A stretch of 63,917 nucleotides of DNA, the filler included, from Welwitschia mirabilis (Eukaryota): assembly GCA_051453625.1 (NCBI GenBank). It is 10 parts of one record of this genome, joined end to end, with 100 filler letters (N's around TTAATTAATTAA, not from the genome) between each part and the next. Parts side by side here need not be neighbours in the genome. Positions count along the whole stretch, not along the records: positions 28,541 to 49,891 come from JBOZIK010000001.1; positions 49,992 to 52,052 come from JBOZIK010000001.1; positions 52,153 to 55,073 come from JBOZIK010000001.1; positions 55,174 to 62,568 come from JBOZIK010000001.1; 6 more parts are not named here. One strand, given 5' to 3'. The notes beneath the pieces were generated by a model. It made no database searches. It was not told the DNA's origin and saw nothing but the letters and a program-made list of their open reading frames with translations. The translations under genes and the position numbers were made by a program. Within the stretch, counting starts at the first letter, position 1, and the number at the start of each line of letters is the position of its first letter. Shown here in pieces: positions 48,751 to 62,668 of the stretch.

Positions 48751-49796
48751 ACATTATCTAGGGATCTTAACTCATCTTTCATTCAGGATTTTTCTATTGT
48801 TAATTACCTATTACTCTTCTACGGCGTAGGGAAATTGTTCATATAGAGTAAATAACTTGCATTACAAAATAATTCTACAATACTACTAGTTTATTTTGAT
48901 TCGTAGCCTTAATTAATGAATTGTTTGTATTATTATAGCCCTTAATATAAATAACAAATAGTTTAGTAACCTTTCTTATATTCTAATATATGCATTGTGG
49001 CCCCATATGAACTTCTCTAGATTATCCTTCAAAGATCATAATTTTTCAATATTAAGTCTTGTAGTTATTAGATACAATCACCCATTGTTACAGAAGTTTT
49101 GCAACGTTATATTGTTTTTTGATTTTGTTGTAGGAAATATTTGGTTTGACAATGAAGTGAATTGTTGATGTCCTTGAAATCATGAGTAAGAAACATTACA
49201 AAGGTAATCATGTATTACTAATAGCTTACTTTATTGATTAAATTTAATAAAAGCACCTAACCAACGTAACAAATTTCGTGATTTTATTGAATCTAACCTA
49301 GAGTCTTAATGCTATACAAAACAAAAAGGAATGTACAAAGTAGAGAAGATACAAAACAGTATATAAAAATATACTAAAAAAGAAAAATAACCTTTGTTAA
49401 AAAAATTTAGCTATGTTTTAAGTAAAATAAAATAAAAGGTCTATTGCATTTTAATTGGAGAGTATAAAAACTAATATAAAATTTTTTTATTTTTTATTTT
49501 TAAGTGAAGCCGTGAATCAAATTAACCAAAAAAAAAAGTTTCAAGAATATAAAAATTATTTTTCAGATAGTTGTCGTTGCATTCAATCAGAAAGCAAAGT
49601 TGAACTGCCAGGTTAAATTCTCTGTGATGCCACTGCCTCTGATCGTTTTCCTCCAATGATGTTGTCCCTGATGCATCCAATCTGTGTTCTGCCTTTTATG
49701 CAATCATTTCTCAGTGCTACTAGTGTGATCTGTGTTCTTTGTTGGATTTAATTCTGATTTTTCCATTTTTATTTTCTGTTAGTAATTCTATCATGT

Positions 49797-49890
49797 TGTT
49801 AGTGGCTATTAATAGAGTCTGTTATCAGTATTAATGGCTATTAATGGAGTCTGTTATCAGTGTTAATGGCTATTAATGGAGTCTGTTATT
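49797..49890 (+). repeat. 32-bp minisatellite, three copies, running into a gap
   Basis: Units t(g/a)tta(g/a)tggctattaat(a/g)gagtctgttatcag start at 49797, 49829 and 49861. Confidence 0.9.
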
Positions 49891-50239
49891 TNNNNNNNNN
49901 NNNNNNNNNNNNNNNNNNNNNNNNNNNNNNNNNNNTTAATTAATTAANNNNNNNNNNNNNNNNNNNNNNNNNNNNNNNNNNNNNNNNNNNNGCATTGCAA
50001 TTTATTTTAGTAGATTAAGGTTACACATTTCTTTCTTGAAATCAACTCTTTATTATCCATACTATTGGCATTCGATCGAATTACGGCATTCGGTTCACTC
50101 CCGACTCTACTAGCATGCTATATTTTGCATCTTATTTATAAATAACAGGATTGAGATCGAAGAGTGAAACATTGCATAAATACACACCACAATAACTTTT
50201 CTTTACAACACTTATGCCTCTTCTACAGAATTTTCCCAA

Positions 50240-52052
50240 CTCATTAGAGCATGATGATTTAGATATGTTTAATGAAGAATAGGACAATCTAGAGGATACC
50301 TATTAAAAGCTATACTTAGAGTGTGAAAATTTAGCTAAATAGATAAGTAATGTGAATAAGATTGTAAAGTATCTCATCAAGACAAAGGAGGAAATGGAAT
50401 TAAGATTCAAGAAGACCAAATCATAAAATTATAATCTTACTCTATAAGTAAAAGAGTTATCTCATTTTATTAATACATGGTTTGATGGCTCTTCAATCTA
50501 GAACAGGTTCTTGGAGTTCAGAATCCTGTTGGTAACAAGTCGAACCTCAAAAGTGGCAAAATCAGGTAACATGGGATAGTGAGTTCTTCTTAAAAGTTAC
50601 TTGTCATTTCTATGGAAACATTGGTCATTCAAAAATTTTTTACAATGCTAGAAAACTAATATTANNNNNNNNCCCAGTTAGTACTTTTAAATTTATTCCA
50701 ATAGAAGGTGTACCATGTAAGTCTAAAAAGACTATGTAGGTGAAAGCTGATTATATTAAAAGTCTTTAATTCAGATAGCCTTAAAGGTTTCAAATAGCAC
50801 TAGCTAGTAAATGGATAGTGGGTGTTCAAGGCATATGATAGAAGACAAATCAAGTTCAAGCAATTAAGCAACTTTGATAGAGGAGAGGTGGCTTTCGGTG
50901 ATAGTGGGAGAGCAAAAATAGAAGACATTAGAAACATTNNNNNNNNNNNNNNNNNNNNNNNNNNNNNNNNNNNNNNNNNNNNNNNNNNNNNNNNNNNNNN
51001 NNNNNNNNNNNNNNNNNNNNNNNNNNNNNNNNNNNNNNNNNNNNNNNNNNNNNNNNNNNNNNNNNNNNNNNNNNNNNNNNNNNNNNNNNNNNNNNNNNNN
51101 NNNNNNNNNNNNNNNNNNNNNNNNNNNNNNNNNNNNNNNNNNNNNNNNNNNNNNNNNNNNNNNNNNNNNNNNNNNNNNNNNNNNNNNNNNNNNNNNNNNN
51201 NNNNNNNNNNNNNNNNNNNNNNNNNNNNNNNNNNNNNNNNNNNNNNNNNNNNNNNNNNNNNNNNNNNNNNNNNNNNNNNNNNNNNNNNNNNNNNNNNNNN
51301 NNNNNNNNNNNNNNNNNNNNNNNNNNNNNNNNNNNNNNNNNNNNNNNNNNNNNNNNTCAAGGCATATGATAGAAGACAAATCAAGTTCAAGCAATTAAGC
51401 AACTTTGATAGAGGAGAGGTGGCTTTAGGTGATAGTGGGAGAGCAAAAATAGAAGACATTAGAAACATTAGTGAAGGTAACCTTTCTAGAATTAATGAAG
51501 TTTTATATGTAAATATTTTAAAGCATAATTTATTGAGGATTGGTCAAATTTGTGATAAAGATTATAAGCTAGTCTTCAATAAATCAAAATGTAAAATCTT
51601 GCATAGGAAGTCTAATGATGTAATTCTTAGAGCAAGTAGAATAGATAATATATATAGCATAGATCAATTGTTTTCTCCATGTTATTTTTCAAATGTTCCT
51701 CAAGAAGAGCTTTAATATAAAGGATTAATTATGATCAATTGAAAATAATTATTCATAAAAACATTGTGAAAGGTATCCCTAAGATAAATGTATAAAAATA
51801 AGGATTATGTGATGTGTGCTAAAAGGGAAAACAAATAAGAACTTCACATGAAAGTAAAAACCAAACTTTCACATCTATGCCATTAAAGCTTATCCATATG
51901 GATTTGATAGGTCCCACTCAAACTCGAAGTCTAGATGAAAAACATTATTTTCTCACCATGGTTGATGACTTTTCTAGATATATTTGAGTATCCTTCTTTA
52001 AAATAAGTCTAAAGCCTATAAACATTAGATTGAGACATGCAAAAAGATTCAA
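50240..52052 (+). mobile_element. SIRE gag-pol fragment (gag end, protease, integrase start)
   Basis: DSGCSRHM (about 50814-50837), GEVALGDSGRAKI, VLYVNILKHNLL and LKLIHMDLIGPTQTRSL...VDDFSRY. Confidence 0.85.
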
Positions 52053-52152
52053 NNNNNNNNNNNNNNNNNNNNNNNNNNNNNNNNNNNNNNNNNNNNTTAA
52101 TTAATTAANNNNNNNNNNNNNNNNNNNNNNNNNNNNNNNNNNNNNNNNNNNN

Positions 52153-53875
52153 CAAACTTCTTTACATTCAAGTAACATCAATCTCGAGGATCACACAAAG
52201 GTGCAAGGAGTAGAATATACCAAAATGAATGTGGCAATTATGTAGATTACATGAAGTGTAAAGTGTAGGCTAAGTTTGTTGCAAATAATAAGTAATGTGG
52301 TAATCCCTAAGATTACATAAAGTATGAGGGGTAGACCTAACAGATTGCTAAATTAAAATATGAATTCTTAAAATTATACTTAAAAGTAAAGAAAGGAAAA
52401 TTATAAAAAATAAAAATTACAATTTTTAAGAAAGGAAATTAAAGTACACTTTAAATGGATAATCAAACAATTACTTGTAGACCAAAAGGTAATAAAGAAA
52501 TTGCAAGTAGATCCAAGAGGATAGAATACAACACTACTCAAATAAACAAATTGAAATAAATTCGAAATACTTACTTGAGTAATGAAAATATTGCTTTTCT
52601 CTTGAATTATTCCTTGATAATGATGCCAAAATATNNNNNNNNNNNNNNNNNNNNNNNNNNNNNNNNNNNNNNNNNNNNNNNNNNNNNNNNNNNNNNNNNN
52701 NNNNNNNNNNNNNNNNNNNNNNNNNNNNNNNNNNATACTTACTTGAGTAATGAAAATATTCCTTTTCTCTTAAATTATTCCTCGACAATGATGCCAAAAT
52801 GTTGTAATGCATATTTGTACTTATAATTTCAATATTATAATAATTGAATTCACTTGCAACATCAAAAAAGCTAAATATATAATTGTGCACAATACACATT
52901 TGTATAGTGGGATCAACCCAAATGTCATACACTTAGAAAAGACTTTTAAAAGAGAATACTTAAAAATTACTTTCATAAAGAGAAGAATAGATATTTTGAA
53001 CTTTTGCTTTCAAGGAAATAAAATTAAATAATGCAAAGATAAAGATGAAATGCAATGCAATGTAAAAAAATGAAATGTAATTATAATGTAATGAATTAAT
53101 TAAACTTCCAATCTATTATCGTTTAGATTTGTCCTTATAACCTATTTTAATTATAAATTTATATTNNNNNNNNNNNNNNNNNNNNNNNNNNNNNNNNNNN
53201 NNNNNNNNNNNNNNNNNNNNNNNNNNNNNNNNNNNNNNNNNNNNNNNNNNNNNNNNNNNNNNNNNNNNNNNNNNNNNNNNNNNNNNNNNNNNNNNNNNNN
53301 NNNNNNNNNNNNNNNNNNNNNNNNNNNNNNNNNNNNNNNNNNNNNNNNNNNNNNNNNNNNNNNNNNNNNNNNNNNNNNNNNNNNNNNNNNNNNNNNNNNN
53401 NNNNNNNNNNNNNNNNNNNNNNNNNNNNNNNNNAATAAATTGCTAAAAGGTGTAAAATAAAGAGATGTGAGTTAGATATACCCTTTCATAACAATTTAAT
53501 TAACTTTACAAGTTATTCTGAGTGTCATCCCTTGGGTTATCTCCACAACATATAGGATGACACCCTATCTACTAACTAATTCGTAGTATATGTGAAAACT
53601 CCTGACCATTATATTGATTGTTGTCCTCATGACATAGAGGATGACCATACTTTTCTAACTGTCATCCCATTTATCATCCTCACGATAGTGAGAATTACTA
53701 ATATATCTTTATTACTTTGCTTCAGTTGATCATTTTCTTATTTTGAATTTTATTGCATCTTTTAGCCTGTATGAGAGATTTGTAGAATTTGCATAAATCC
53801 TTGAAAAAACCTATCAATATAACTTGAAAATGTACTTTACAAGTGTATTAAATAGGTTAAGTTGGCATCACAACA
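52153..53875 (-). mobile_element. Athila-like 5' LTR, PBS and leader
   Basis: PBS relic at 52779-52796 (TGGCATCATTGTCGAGGA). LTR at 52800-53875 (TGTTGT...ACAACA), similar to 32540-34434. Confidence 0.7.
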
Positions 53876-54758
53876 ATCATAGTTAAAAAATATCATTAGT
53901 CTTCTAAAATCTTGGTTTGGAAAAATCCCACTAAGTCCATGTAAATAACTTCAGNNNNNNNNNNNNNNNNNNNNNNNNNNNNNNNNNNNNNNNNNNNNNN
54001 NNNNNNNNNNNNNNNNNNNNNNNNNNNNNNNNNNNNNNNNNNNNNNNNNNNNNNNNNNNNNNNNNNNNNNNNNNNNNNNNNNNNNNNNNNNNNNNNNNNN
54101 NNNNNNNNNNNNNNNNNNNNNNNNNNNNNNNNNNNNNNNNNNNNNNNNNNNNNNNNNNNNNNNNNNNNNNNNNNNNNNNNNNNNNNNNNNNNNNNNNNNN
54201 NNNNNNNNNNNNNNNNNNNNNNNNNNNNNNNNNNNNNNNNNNNNNNNNNNNNNNNNNNNNNNNNNNNNNNNNNNNNNNNNNNNNNNNNNNNNNNNNNNNN
54301 NNNNNNNNNNNNNNNNNNNNNNNNNNNNNNNNNNNNNNNNNNNNNNNNNNNNNNNNNNNNNNNNNNNNNNNNNNNNNNNNNNNNNNNNNNNNNNNNNNNN
54401 NNNNNNNNNNNNNNNNNNNNNNNNNNNNNNNNNNNNNNNNNNNNNNNNNNNNNNNNNNNNNNNNNNNNNNNNNNNNNNNNNNNNNNNNNNNNNNNNNNNN
54501 NNNNNNNNNNNNNNNNNNNNNNNNNNNNNNNNNNNNNNNNNNNNNNNNNNNNNNNNNNNNNNNNNNNNNNNNNNNNNNNNNNNNNNNNNNNNNNNNNNNN
54601 NNNNNNNNNNNNNNNNNNNNNNNNNNNNNNNNNNNNNNNNNNNNNNNNNNNNNNNNNNNNNNNNNNNNNNNNNNNNNNNNNNNNNNNNNNNNNNNNNNNN
54701 NNNNNNNNNNNNNNNNNNNNNNNNNNNNNNNNNNNNNNNNNNNNNNNNNNNNNNNNNN

Positions 54759-57700
54759 TGTTGTGATGTTAATTTGTGATAATTCAATGGTATATTTTGA
54801 GTACTTTTGCAGGACATTCATTTAGGTTTTGACACAATACTGATGAATATGAGGATGTGATATGATAATTAGTAAAATATGTGATATTTGATACTATTGG
54901 CAGTTTTTCAATCTTATTCTGATACTACAGAATTGGAGGAAGGACTTTACAATATAAAGATTAACTTACCTTGGAGAAAAGAGTAGAAGAAAGAAGTCAT
55001 CCTCTCCATCATCCCCACGACACCTAGGATGACCATACTACTAATATGGATAGAATCCTATGGCACTGATAGTNNNNNNNNNNNNNNNNNNNNNNNNNNN
55101 NNNNNNNNNNNNNNNNNTTAATTAATTAANNNNNNNNNNNNNNNNNNNNNNNNNNNNNNNNNNNNNNNNNNNNCTTCAAATGCGAATGTTACACTTAGAG
55201 ATTTAATTGCTAATAGAAAATGTGAATTTCAAAATCCTTTTGATTACATCTTAAGATGATGTAGAGTTAATAAATCTAAGTGCATACCCAACCTTTTTGG
55301 AGGAACTAGAAGAAGATCCTTTTCAACATCTAGCAGATATAGAGCAACTTGTGCTTACATCTGGAAATGGGAAAAAATGTATTAGTGAACACACATACAT
55401 GATTATTTTTCCCATTACCCTTAGAGGAAAAGCAAAAATTTGGGTAAAAACCATCCCACATAAAAGTATTAAATCATGGAGTCAAGTGCAAGAAGTTTTC
55501 ATTAAACAATTTTTGAGTGAAAGTACTATGATAAAGAGAAGAAAAGAAGTCATCAACTTCCAACAACAACCACATAAAGATTATGCAACTNNNNNNNNNN
55601 NNNNNNNNNNNNNNNNNNNNNNNNNNNNNNNNNNNNNNNNNNNNNNNNNNNNNNNNNNNNNNNNNNNNNNNNNNNNNNNNNNNNNNNNNNAACAACCACA
55701 TAAAGATTATGAAACTATGTATGAATGTTTTATAATTTCTAGTCATCCTAACCCTATTGATGAATTTAATAAGGAAGAACTAGTAAATTATTTTTATAGT
55801 GGACTGAATGCTTTAATTAAATAACTTGTGGATTTTTCTTATGAAGGAAATTTATTGAACTTAAATTTAGATCATGCTTAGAATGTACTAGAAAATTTAG
55901 TGGAAATCAGTTAAACTTAGCCTAAATCCACTAAGGAAAACCATACTAGAGGAGAAATTTTAAAAGAACTAAAAGAGGTAAAACATGACAGGGAAGAAGA
56001 AAGGGAGGATTTAACTAATTTAATGAAAGATTTCATTGATACTTTAGACAAGTATAATTAAATGATAGTTGACACAAAGATTGTTAAGAATGAACCTTCA
56101 ACTTCTAACTATGAACTTTGTGAAGATGATTCCCATTCAACAAAAGAATATCCCTTGCTACCAACTTATAAAGAAATAATGTTAGAGGAAGTATGTGCTT
56201 TCAAATAAAGAACTTCTAACTTTAAGAGCTATCCACCATTTTAATAAAGACTAAGTAGGTAATCCCAATGAAAACAATTTGAGCATAGATTTAAAAATTC
56301 TAATTTCCAACCAAATTCTCAACAAAATTTGAATGATACCCTTAGAGAATCCATTAAAGAAATGAGAAAGGTGTAAGAAAAAACCAATAGCAACATTGAA
56401 AACCTAGTGACTGTGCTCCAACAAACAATTCTTATCAATCAAAGATCACAAGGAGCTCTTACNNNNNNNNNNNNNNNNNNNNNNNNNNNNNNNNNNNNNN
56501 NNNNNNNNNNNNNNNNNNNNNNNNNNNNNNNNNNNNNNNNNNNNNNNNNNNNNNNNNNNNNNNNNNNNNNNNNNNNNNNNNNNNNNNNNNNNNNNNNNNN
56601 NNNNNNNNNNNNNNNNNNNNNNNNNNNNNNNNNNNNNNNNNNNNNNNNNNNNNNNNNNNNNNNNNNNNNNNNNNNNNNNNNNNNNNNNNNNNNNNNNNNN
56701 NNNNNNNNNNNNNNNNNNNNNNNNNNNNNNNNNNNNNNNNNNNNNNNNNNNNNNNNNNNNNNNNNNNNNNNNNNNNNNNNNNNNNNNNNNNNNNNNNNNN
56801 NNNNNNNNNNNNNNNNNNNNNNNNNNNNNNNNNNNNNNNNNNNNNNNNNNNNNNNNNNNNNNNNNNNNNNNNNNNNNNNNNNNNNNNNNNNNNNNNNNNN
56901 NNNNNNNNNNNNNNNNNNNNNNNNNNNNNNNNNNNNNNNNNNNNNNNNNNNNNNNNNNNNNNNNNNNNNNNNNNNNNNNNNNNNNNNNNNNNNNNNNNNN
57001 NNNNNNNNNNNNNNNNNNNNNNNNNNNNNNNNNNNNNNNNNNNNNNNNNNNNNNNNNNNNNNNNNNNNNNNNNNNNNNNNNNNNNNNNNNNNNNNNNNNN
57101 NNNNNNNNNNNNNNNNNNNNNNNNNNNNNNNNNNNNNNNNNNNNNNNNNNNNNNNNNNNNNNNNNNNNNNNNNNNNNNNNNNNNNNNNNNNNNNNNNNNN
57201 NNNNNNNNNNNNNNNNNNNNNNNNNNNNNNNNNNNNNNNNNNNNNNNNNNNNNNNNNNNNNNNNNNNNNNNNNNNNNNNNNNNNNNNNNNNNNNNNNNNN
57301 NNNNNNNNNNNNNNNNNNNNNNNNNNNNNNNNNNNNNNNNNNNNNNNNNNNNNNNNNAAGGACTTAGTGAGAAGAAAGCAAAAACATATCATCCCTAGTA
57401 AAGTTTTTCTTGCCCAATCTCTTTCCAACTTAGTGATGAAAAAATGTCCTAAATTAAAAGATCCTGGAGCTATAACTATTAGTGTTACCTTAGAGGGAAA
57501 CAAAAGAATTAGAAAGGCTTTGATTGACATAGGAGCAAGTGTAAACATTATGCCTCTTTATATATGTAAAAGACTTGGGTTAGAAAGTAGAGTTGAACCA
57601 ATACCTATCATACTAGAGCTATCTGATATCTTAATCAAGAAACCTTTAGGAATTATTAAAGATCTAGTCATCCAAATTAAGAAATCTTTTTATCTTATTG

Positions 57701-60700
57701 ATGTTGTCATAATTGAAATAGAGCATGATGAAGGGTATCCATTACTTTTAGGAAGAGCTTTTTGCNNNNNNNNNNNNNNNNNNNNNNNNNNNNNNNNNNN
57801 NNNNNNNNNNNNNNNNNNNNNNNNNNNNNNNNNNNNNNNNNNNNNNNNNNNNNNNNNNNNNNNNNTTTGAGGAAGTATGTACTTTGAACCAAACAACTCC
57901 TAACTTTAAGAGACAATCACCATTTCAATAAAGACCAAGTGAGCAACCCCAATTGAAACCATTTGAGAATAGATTTAAGAATTTCAACTTCCAATCAAAT
58001 TCTTAACAAAATATGAATGATTCCCTTAGAGATTCCATTGAGGAAATGAAAAAAGGTGCAAGATAAAACCAATAGCAATAGTGGGAACCTGGTAAATGTG
58101 CTTCAATAAACAATGCTTGCTAACTAAATACCATAAGAGTCTCTTACCTTCTAACTAATACCCAACCCAAACAAAGTTAGAAGAGACTTAAAAATTATAA
58201 CAAGAAGTAGGAAAGATACAACACCTCCTACCCATGAGGTTTCAACTTCTAAACAAAATAAAGTAATTGAGGAAGATGATATAGAAATCCTAGATTCTTA
58301 TAACCTTCCTTCTACATCATCTGCTAAAGCCTCCATCAAACATAATTTAATAGAAAATAAGGAAAAGAAATCATCCACTCCTTGGCTTGATAGATTGAAC
58401 ATGAATCCTACATTTGACAAACACCTCAAAGCCTTGATACAAGAAGTCAACATTAATCTTCCCTTTTGGAAACTGTTGCAAGAAAATACTAAATATTCTA
58501 AGTTATGGAAGGACTTAGTGAGAAGAAAGTAAAAACATATCATTCCTAGTAAAGTTTTTCTTGCCCAGTCTCTTTCCAACTTAGTGATGAAAAAATGTCC
58601 TAAATTAAAACATCCTGGAGCTACAACTATTAGTGTTACCTTAGAGGGAAACAAAAGAATTAGAAAGGCTTTGATTGACATAGAAGCAAGTGTAAACATT
58701 ATGTCTCTTCATATATGTAAAAGACTTGGGTTAGAAAGTAGAGTTGAACCAATACCTATTATACTAGAGCTAGCTGATACCTTAATCAAAAAACCTTTAG
58801 GAATTATTAAATATCTAGTCATCCAAATTAACAAATCTTTTTATCTTATTGATGTTGTCATAATTGAAATAGAGCATAATGAAGGGTATCCATTACTTCT
58901 AGGAAGAGCTTTTTGCACTATAGCTCATTGTATCTTTGACACTTGATCCGAAATGATGAGATACCACTTTGACAACAAAGAAATTACCATTAAGGTCTTT
59001 GATGCTGTTGAAAAAGACATAGGAATTAATTTTAATAGTGAAGATGATTTGAGAACAACTTTATTTCTACAACATCGACTCATAGAAGAGAGATTAATTA
59101 TGCTACATAAGCCAACTTTGTATGATGATCCAACTTAAATAGATTATTTTAAATTTGAGAAAGAAGTTTTCAAGGATGAGGAAGAAACCCAACATATTTA
59201 CTCTATAGAAAAACTTTTTAAAGATTGTTGTACCATGACTATCGTCCCCATGATAGATGGGGCGATAGTCCAATTTAACTCTTATGATCTTAAGAAGTTA
59301 TCTAAAGGTCTAAAATACATATTTCTATTTGAAAATCAAATGAAACCTCTAATAATCAGTGATCTTCTTACTCCTCAACAAAAATCAGATTTAACCTTAC
59401 TTTTAGAGTTAAAGAAAAATGCCTTTACTTGGACGCATAAAGATTTAGATGCCATTCCTCTTTCCATAATGCAGCATAAAATCTATTTTGANNNNNNNNN
59501 NNNNNNNNNNNNNNNNNNNNNNNNNNNNNNNNNNNNNNNNNNNNNNNNNNNNNNNNNNNNNNNNNNNNNNNNNNNNNNNNNNNNNNNNNNNCATTGACAC
59601 TTGATTCGAAATGATGAGATACCACTTTGACAATAAAGAAATTACCATTAGGGTCTTTGATGCTACTAAAAAAGACACATGAATTAATTTCAATAGTGAA
59701 GATGATTTGAGACCAACTTTATTTCTACAACATCTACTCATAGAAGAGAGATTAATTATGCTACATAAGCCAACTTTGTATGATGATCCAACTGAAAGAG
59801 ATTATTTTGAATTTGAGAAAGAAGTTTCTGAGGATGAGGAAGAAACTCAACATATTTATTCTATAGAAAAACTTTTTAAAGAGTGTTATCCCATGACTAT
59901 CGTCCCCATGGTAGATGGGGCGATAACCCAACTTAACTCTTATGATCTTAAGAAGTTATCTAAAGGTCTAAAATACATATTTCTATTTGAAAATCAAAAG
60001 AAACCTCTAATAATCAGTGACCTTCTTACTCCTTAACAAAAATCAAATTTAACATTACTTTTAGAGTTAAAGAAAAATGCCTTTACTTGGACACATAAAG
60101 ATTTAGATGCCATTCCTCTTTCCATAGTGCAGCATAAAATCTATTTTGAGGACCATGCCAAACTTATTAGACAACCCCAAAGAAGACTAAATCTAGCCCT
60201 TAAACAAATTATTAAAGATGAAATCATTAAAATCATGGATGCTAGAATTACTTATGACCTCTCCACTCTTTACTAGAAAAAGATGTCAAATTTGAGTGGT
60301 CTGATTCTTGCTATCTGACTTTTGAAACTCTTAAGGATAAAATCTATTTCGAACTTATTATCACGGGTCTTGATTAGAACAAAGACTTTGAACTTATATG
60401 TAATGCAAGAAATAGTGTTGTAGGGAGGTTCTTGATCAAAAATATGAGAATGAATTCAAAATTATACCTTACCTTAGCAAAACTTTGACAAGTGCCCAAT
60501 CCAACTATACTATCACTGAGCGAGAAATACTTGTTATCAGCTTTTTCTTGGACCATTTTTGATACTATCTTCTTGGTTTCTACATCAATGTCTACATAGA
60601 CTATGCAGCCATCTGTTATCTCATGACAAAAAAATATTCAAGTGCTAGACTTATTAGATGAATCATTTTAATGAAATAATTTAGTCTTACCATTATTGAT

Positions 60701-62568
60701 AAAGCTAAAAAACATAATAGCATGACTGACCATCTTTCTTGACTTACTTACTCCATTAATGAAACTCCTATTAATGACTTCTTTTTTGATGAACAACTCT
60801 TTACAATTAAACAATTGTATGATATCTCTTCTTCTCACTCCACTTGTTGGTATGCTGACATAATCAATTATCTAGTAACTATGAAAACTCCTTAGCATAA
60901 AAACCATAATCAACGAAAAACTTTTCTCCATATGATCGGTGACTATGAGTGGAATGAGCCACATCTTTATAGATGTTGCAAAGATTAAATTATGCATAAA
61001 TGTGTTCTGGAATGGGAGAAATTAGAAATTTTAACACTTTATCATGATGGAGTTTATGGGGAACACTTTAGTGGCCAAAAAATAGCCATGAAAATTCTTC
61101 ACTCTGGGTTCTATTGGCCAACTCTTTTTAAAGATTCATTTGACTTTTCTCAAAAGTACAATGCTTATCAACATTATGGTAGCCTCACTTGTTCTCATAA
61201 TATGTCTCTTAAACCTATACTTAAATGTAAACCTTTCAATTATTGGGAAATCAACTTTATGGGCCCAATTTTACCACCTTTCAATAAGAAAAAATATATT
61301 TTATTAGCAGTTGATTATGTTACTAAGTGGGTTGAAGCTACTCCTACCACTAAAAATGATGCCCGAACTATTTGTAACTTTGTTTGAACTCATATTTTTC
61401 AATGATTTGGATTTCCACATATTGTTATTAGTGATTAAGATACCCATTTCATTAACTACCTCTTTCAAAAACTTCTTCTATCTGTTGGTGTTGAACATAG
61501 AGNNNNNNNNNNNNNNNNNNNNNNNNNNNNNNNNNNNNNNNNNNNNNNNNNNNNNNNNNNNNNNNNNNNNNNNNNNNNNNNNNNNNNNNNNNNNNNNNNN
61601 NNNNNNNNNNNNNNNNNNNNNNNNNNNNNNNNNNNNNNNNNNNNNNNNNNNNNNNNNNNNNNNNNNNNNNNNNNNNNNNNNNNNNNNNNNNNNNNNNNNN
61701 NNNNNNNNNNNNNNNNNNNNNNNNNNNNNNNNNNNNNNNNNNNNNNNNNNNNNNNNNNNNNNNNNNNNNNNNNNNNNNNNNNNNNNNNNNNNNNNNNNNN
61801 NNNNNNNNNNNNNNNNNNNNNNNNNNNNNNNNNNNNNNNNNNNNNNNNNNNNNNNNNNNNNNNNNNNNNNNNNNNNNNNNNNNNNNNNNNNNNNNNNNNN
61901 NNNNNNNNNNNNNNNNNNNNNNNNNNNNNNNNNNNNNNNNNNNNNNNNNNNNNNNNNNNNNNNNNNNNNNNNNNNNNNNNNNNNNNNNNNNNNNNNNNNN
62001 NNNNNNNNNNNNNNNNNNNNNNNNNNNNNNNNNNNNNNNNNNNNNNNNNNNNNNNNNNNNNNNNNNNNNNNNNNNNNNNNNNNNNNNNNNNNNNNNNNNN
62101 NNNNNNNNNNNNNNNNNNNNNNNNNNNNNNNNNNNNNNNNNNNNNNNNNNNNNNNNNNNNNNNNNNNNNNNNNNNNNNNNNNNNNNNNNNNNNNNNNNNN
62201 NNNNNNNNNNNNNNNNNNNNNNNNNNNNNNNNNNNNNNNNNNNNNNNNNNNNNNNNNNNNNNNNNNNNNNNNNNNNNNNNNNNNNNNNNNNNNNNNNNNN
62301 NNNNNNNNNNNNNNNNNNNNNNNNTACTCAGGCCCTACATCATCAACTTATTCACAAGACTCAGGCCAAGTTCCAACATGATAAAAAGATTATTCATAAT
62401 AATTTAAACCTAGCTAATTTATCTTATTGTATAACACCTAAGTACACCTTCTACACAACAAATTAACCTCTAAATGGTTAGGCACTTATCTTATCAAAAA
62501 AGTACACTCAAATGGCTTAGTCGAAATTTCTGACCTAAATACTAAAGAAATCCAAAAAGTTAATGGAT
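54759..62568 (+). mobile_element. Athila-like Ty3/gypsy element(s): LTR start, gag, protease (repeated), RNase H and integrase; RT core missing
   Basis: LTR start tgttgtgatg at 54759. gag FPITLRGKAKIW (ORF 55297). Protease ALIDIGASVNIM at about 57517 and 58667. RNase H YTITEREIL-like near 60510. Integrase YILLAVDYVTKWVEA (ORF 60992). Same family as 20712-34434. Confidence 0.85.
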
Positions 62569-62668
62569 NNNNNNNNNNNNNNNNNNNNNNNNNNNNNNNN
62601 NNNNNNNNNNNNTTAATTAATTAANNNNNNNNNNNNNNNNNNNNNNNNNNNNNNNNNNNNNNNNNNNN

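Noticed and set aside
49630-49675. C/D box snoRNA-like TGATG...CTGA motifs
   Set aside because: The boxes are imperfect and too close together, with no terminal stem or guide identified.
25707-62381. Long ORFs in the ORF track filled with X
   Set aside because: They are read-through of N gaps, not genes.
9283-62624. Recurrent palindromic TTAATTAATTAA as a biological motif
   Set aside because: It is always centred in a 44N+12+44N gap, so it is an artificial scaffold linker.
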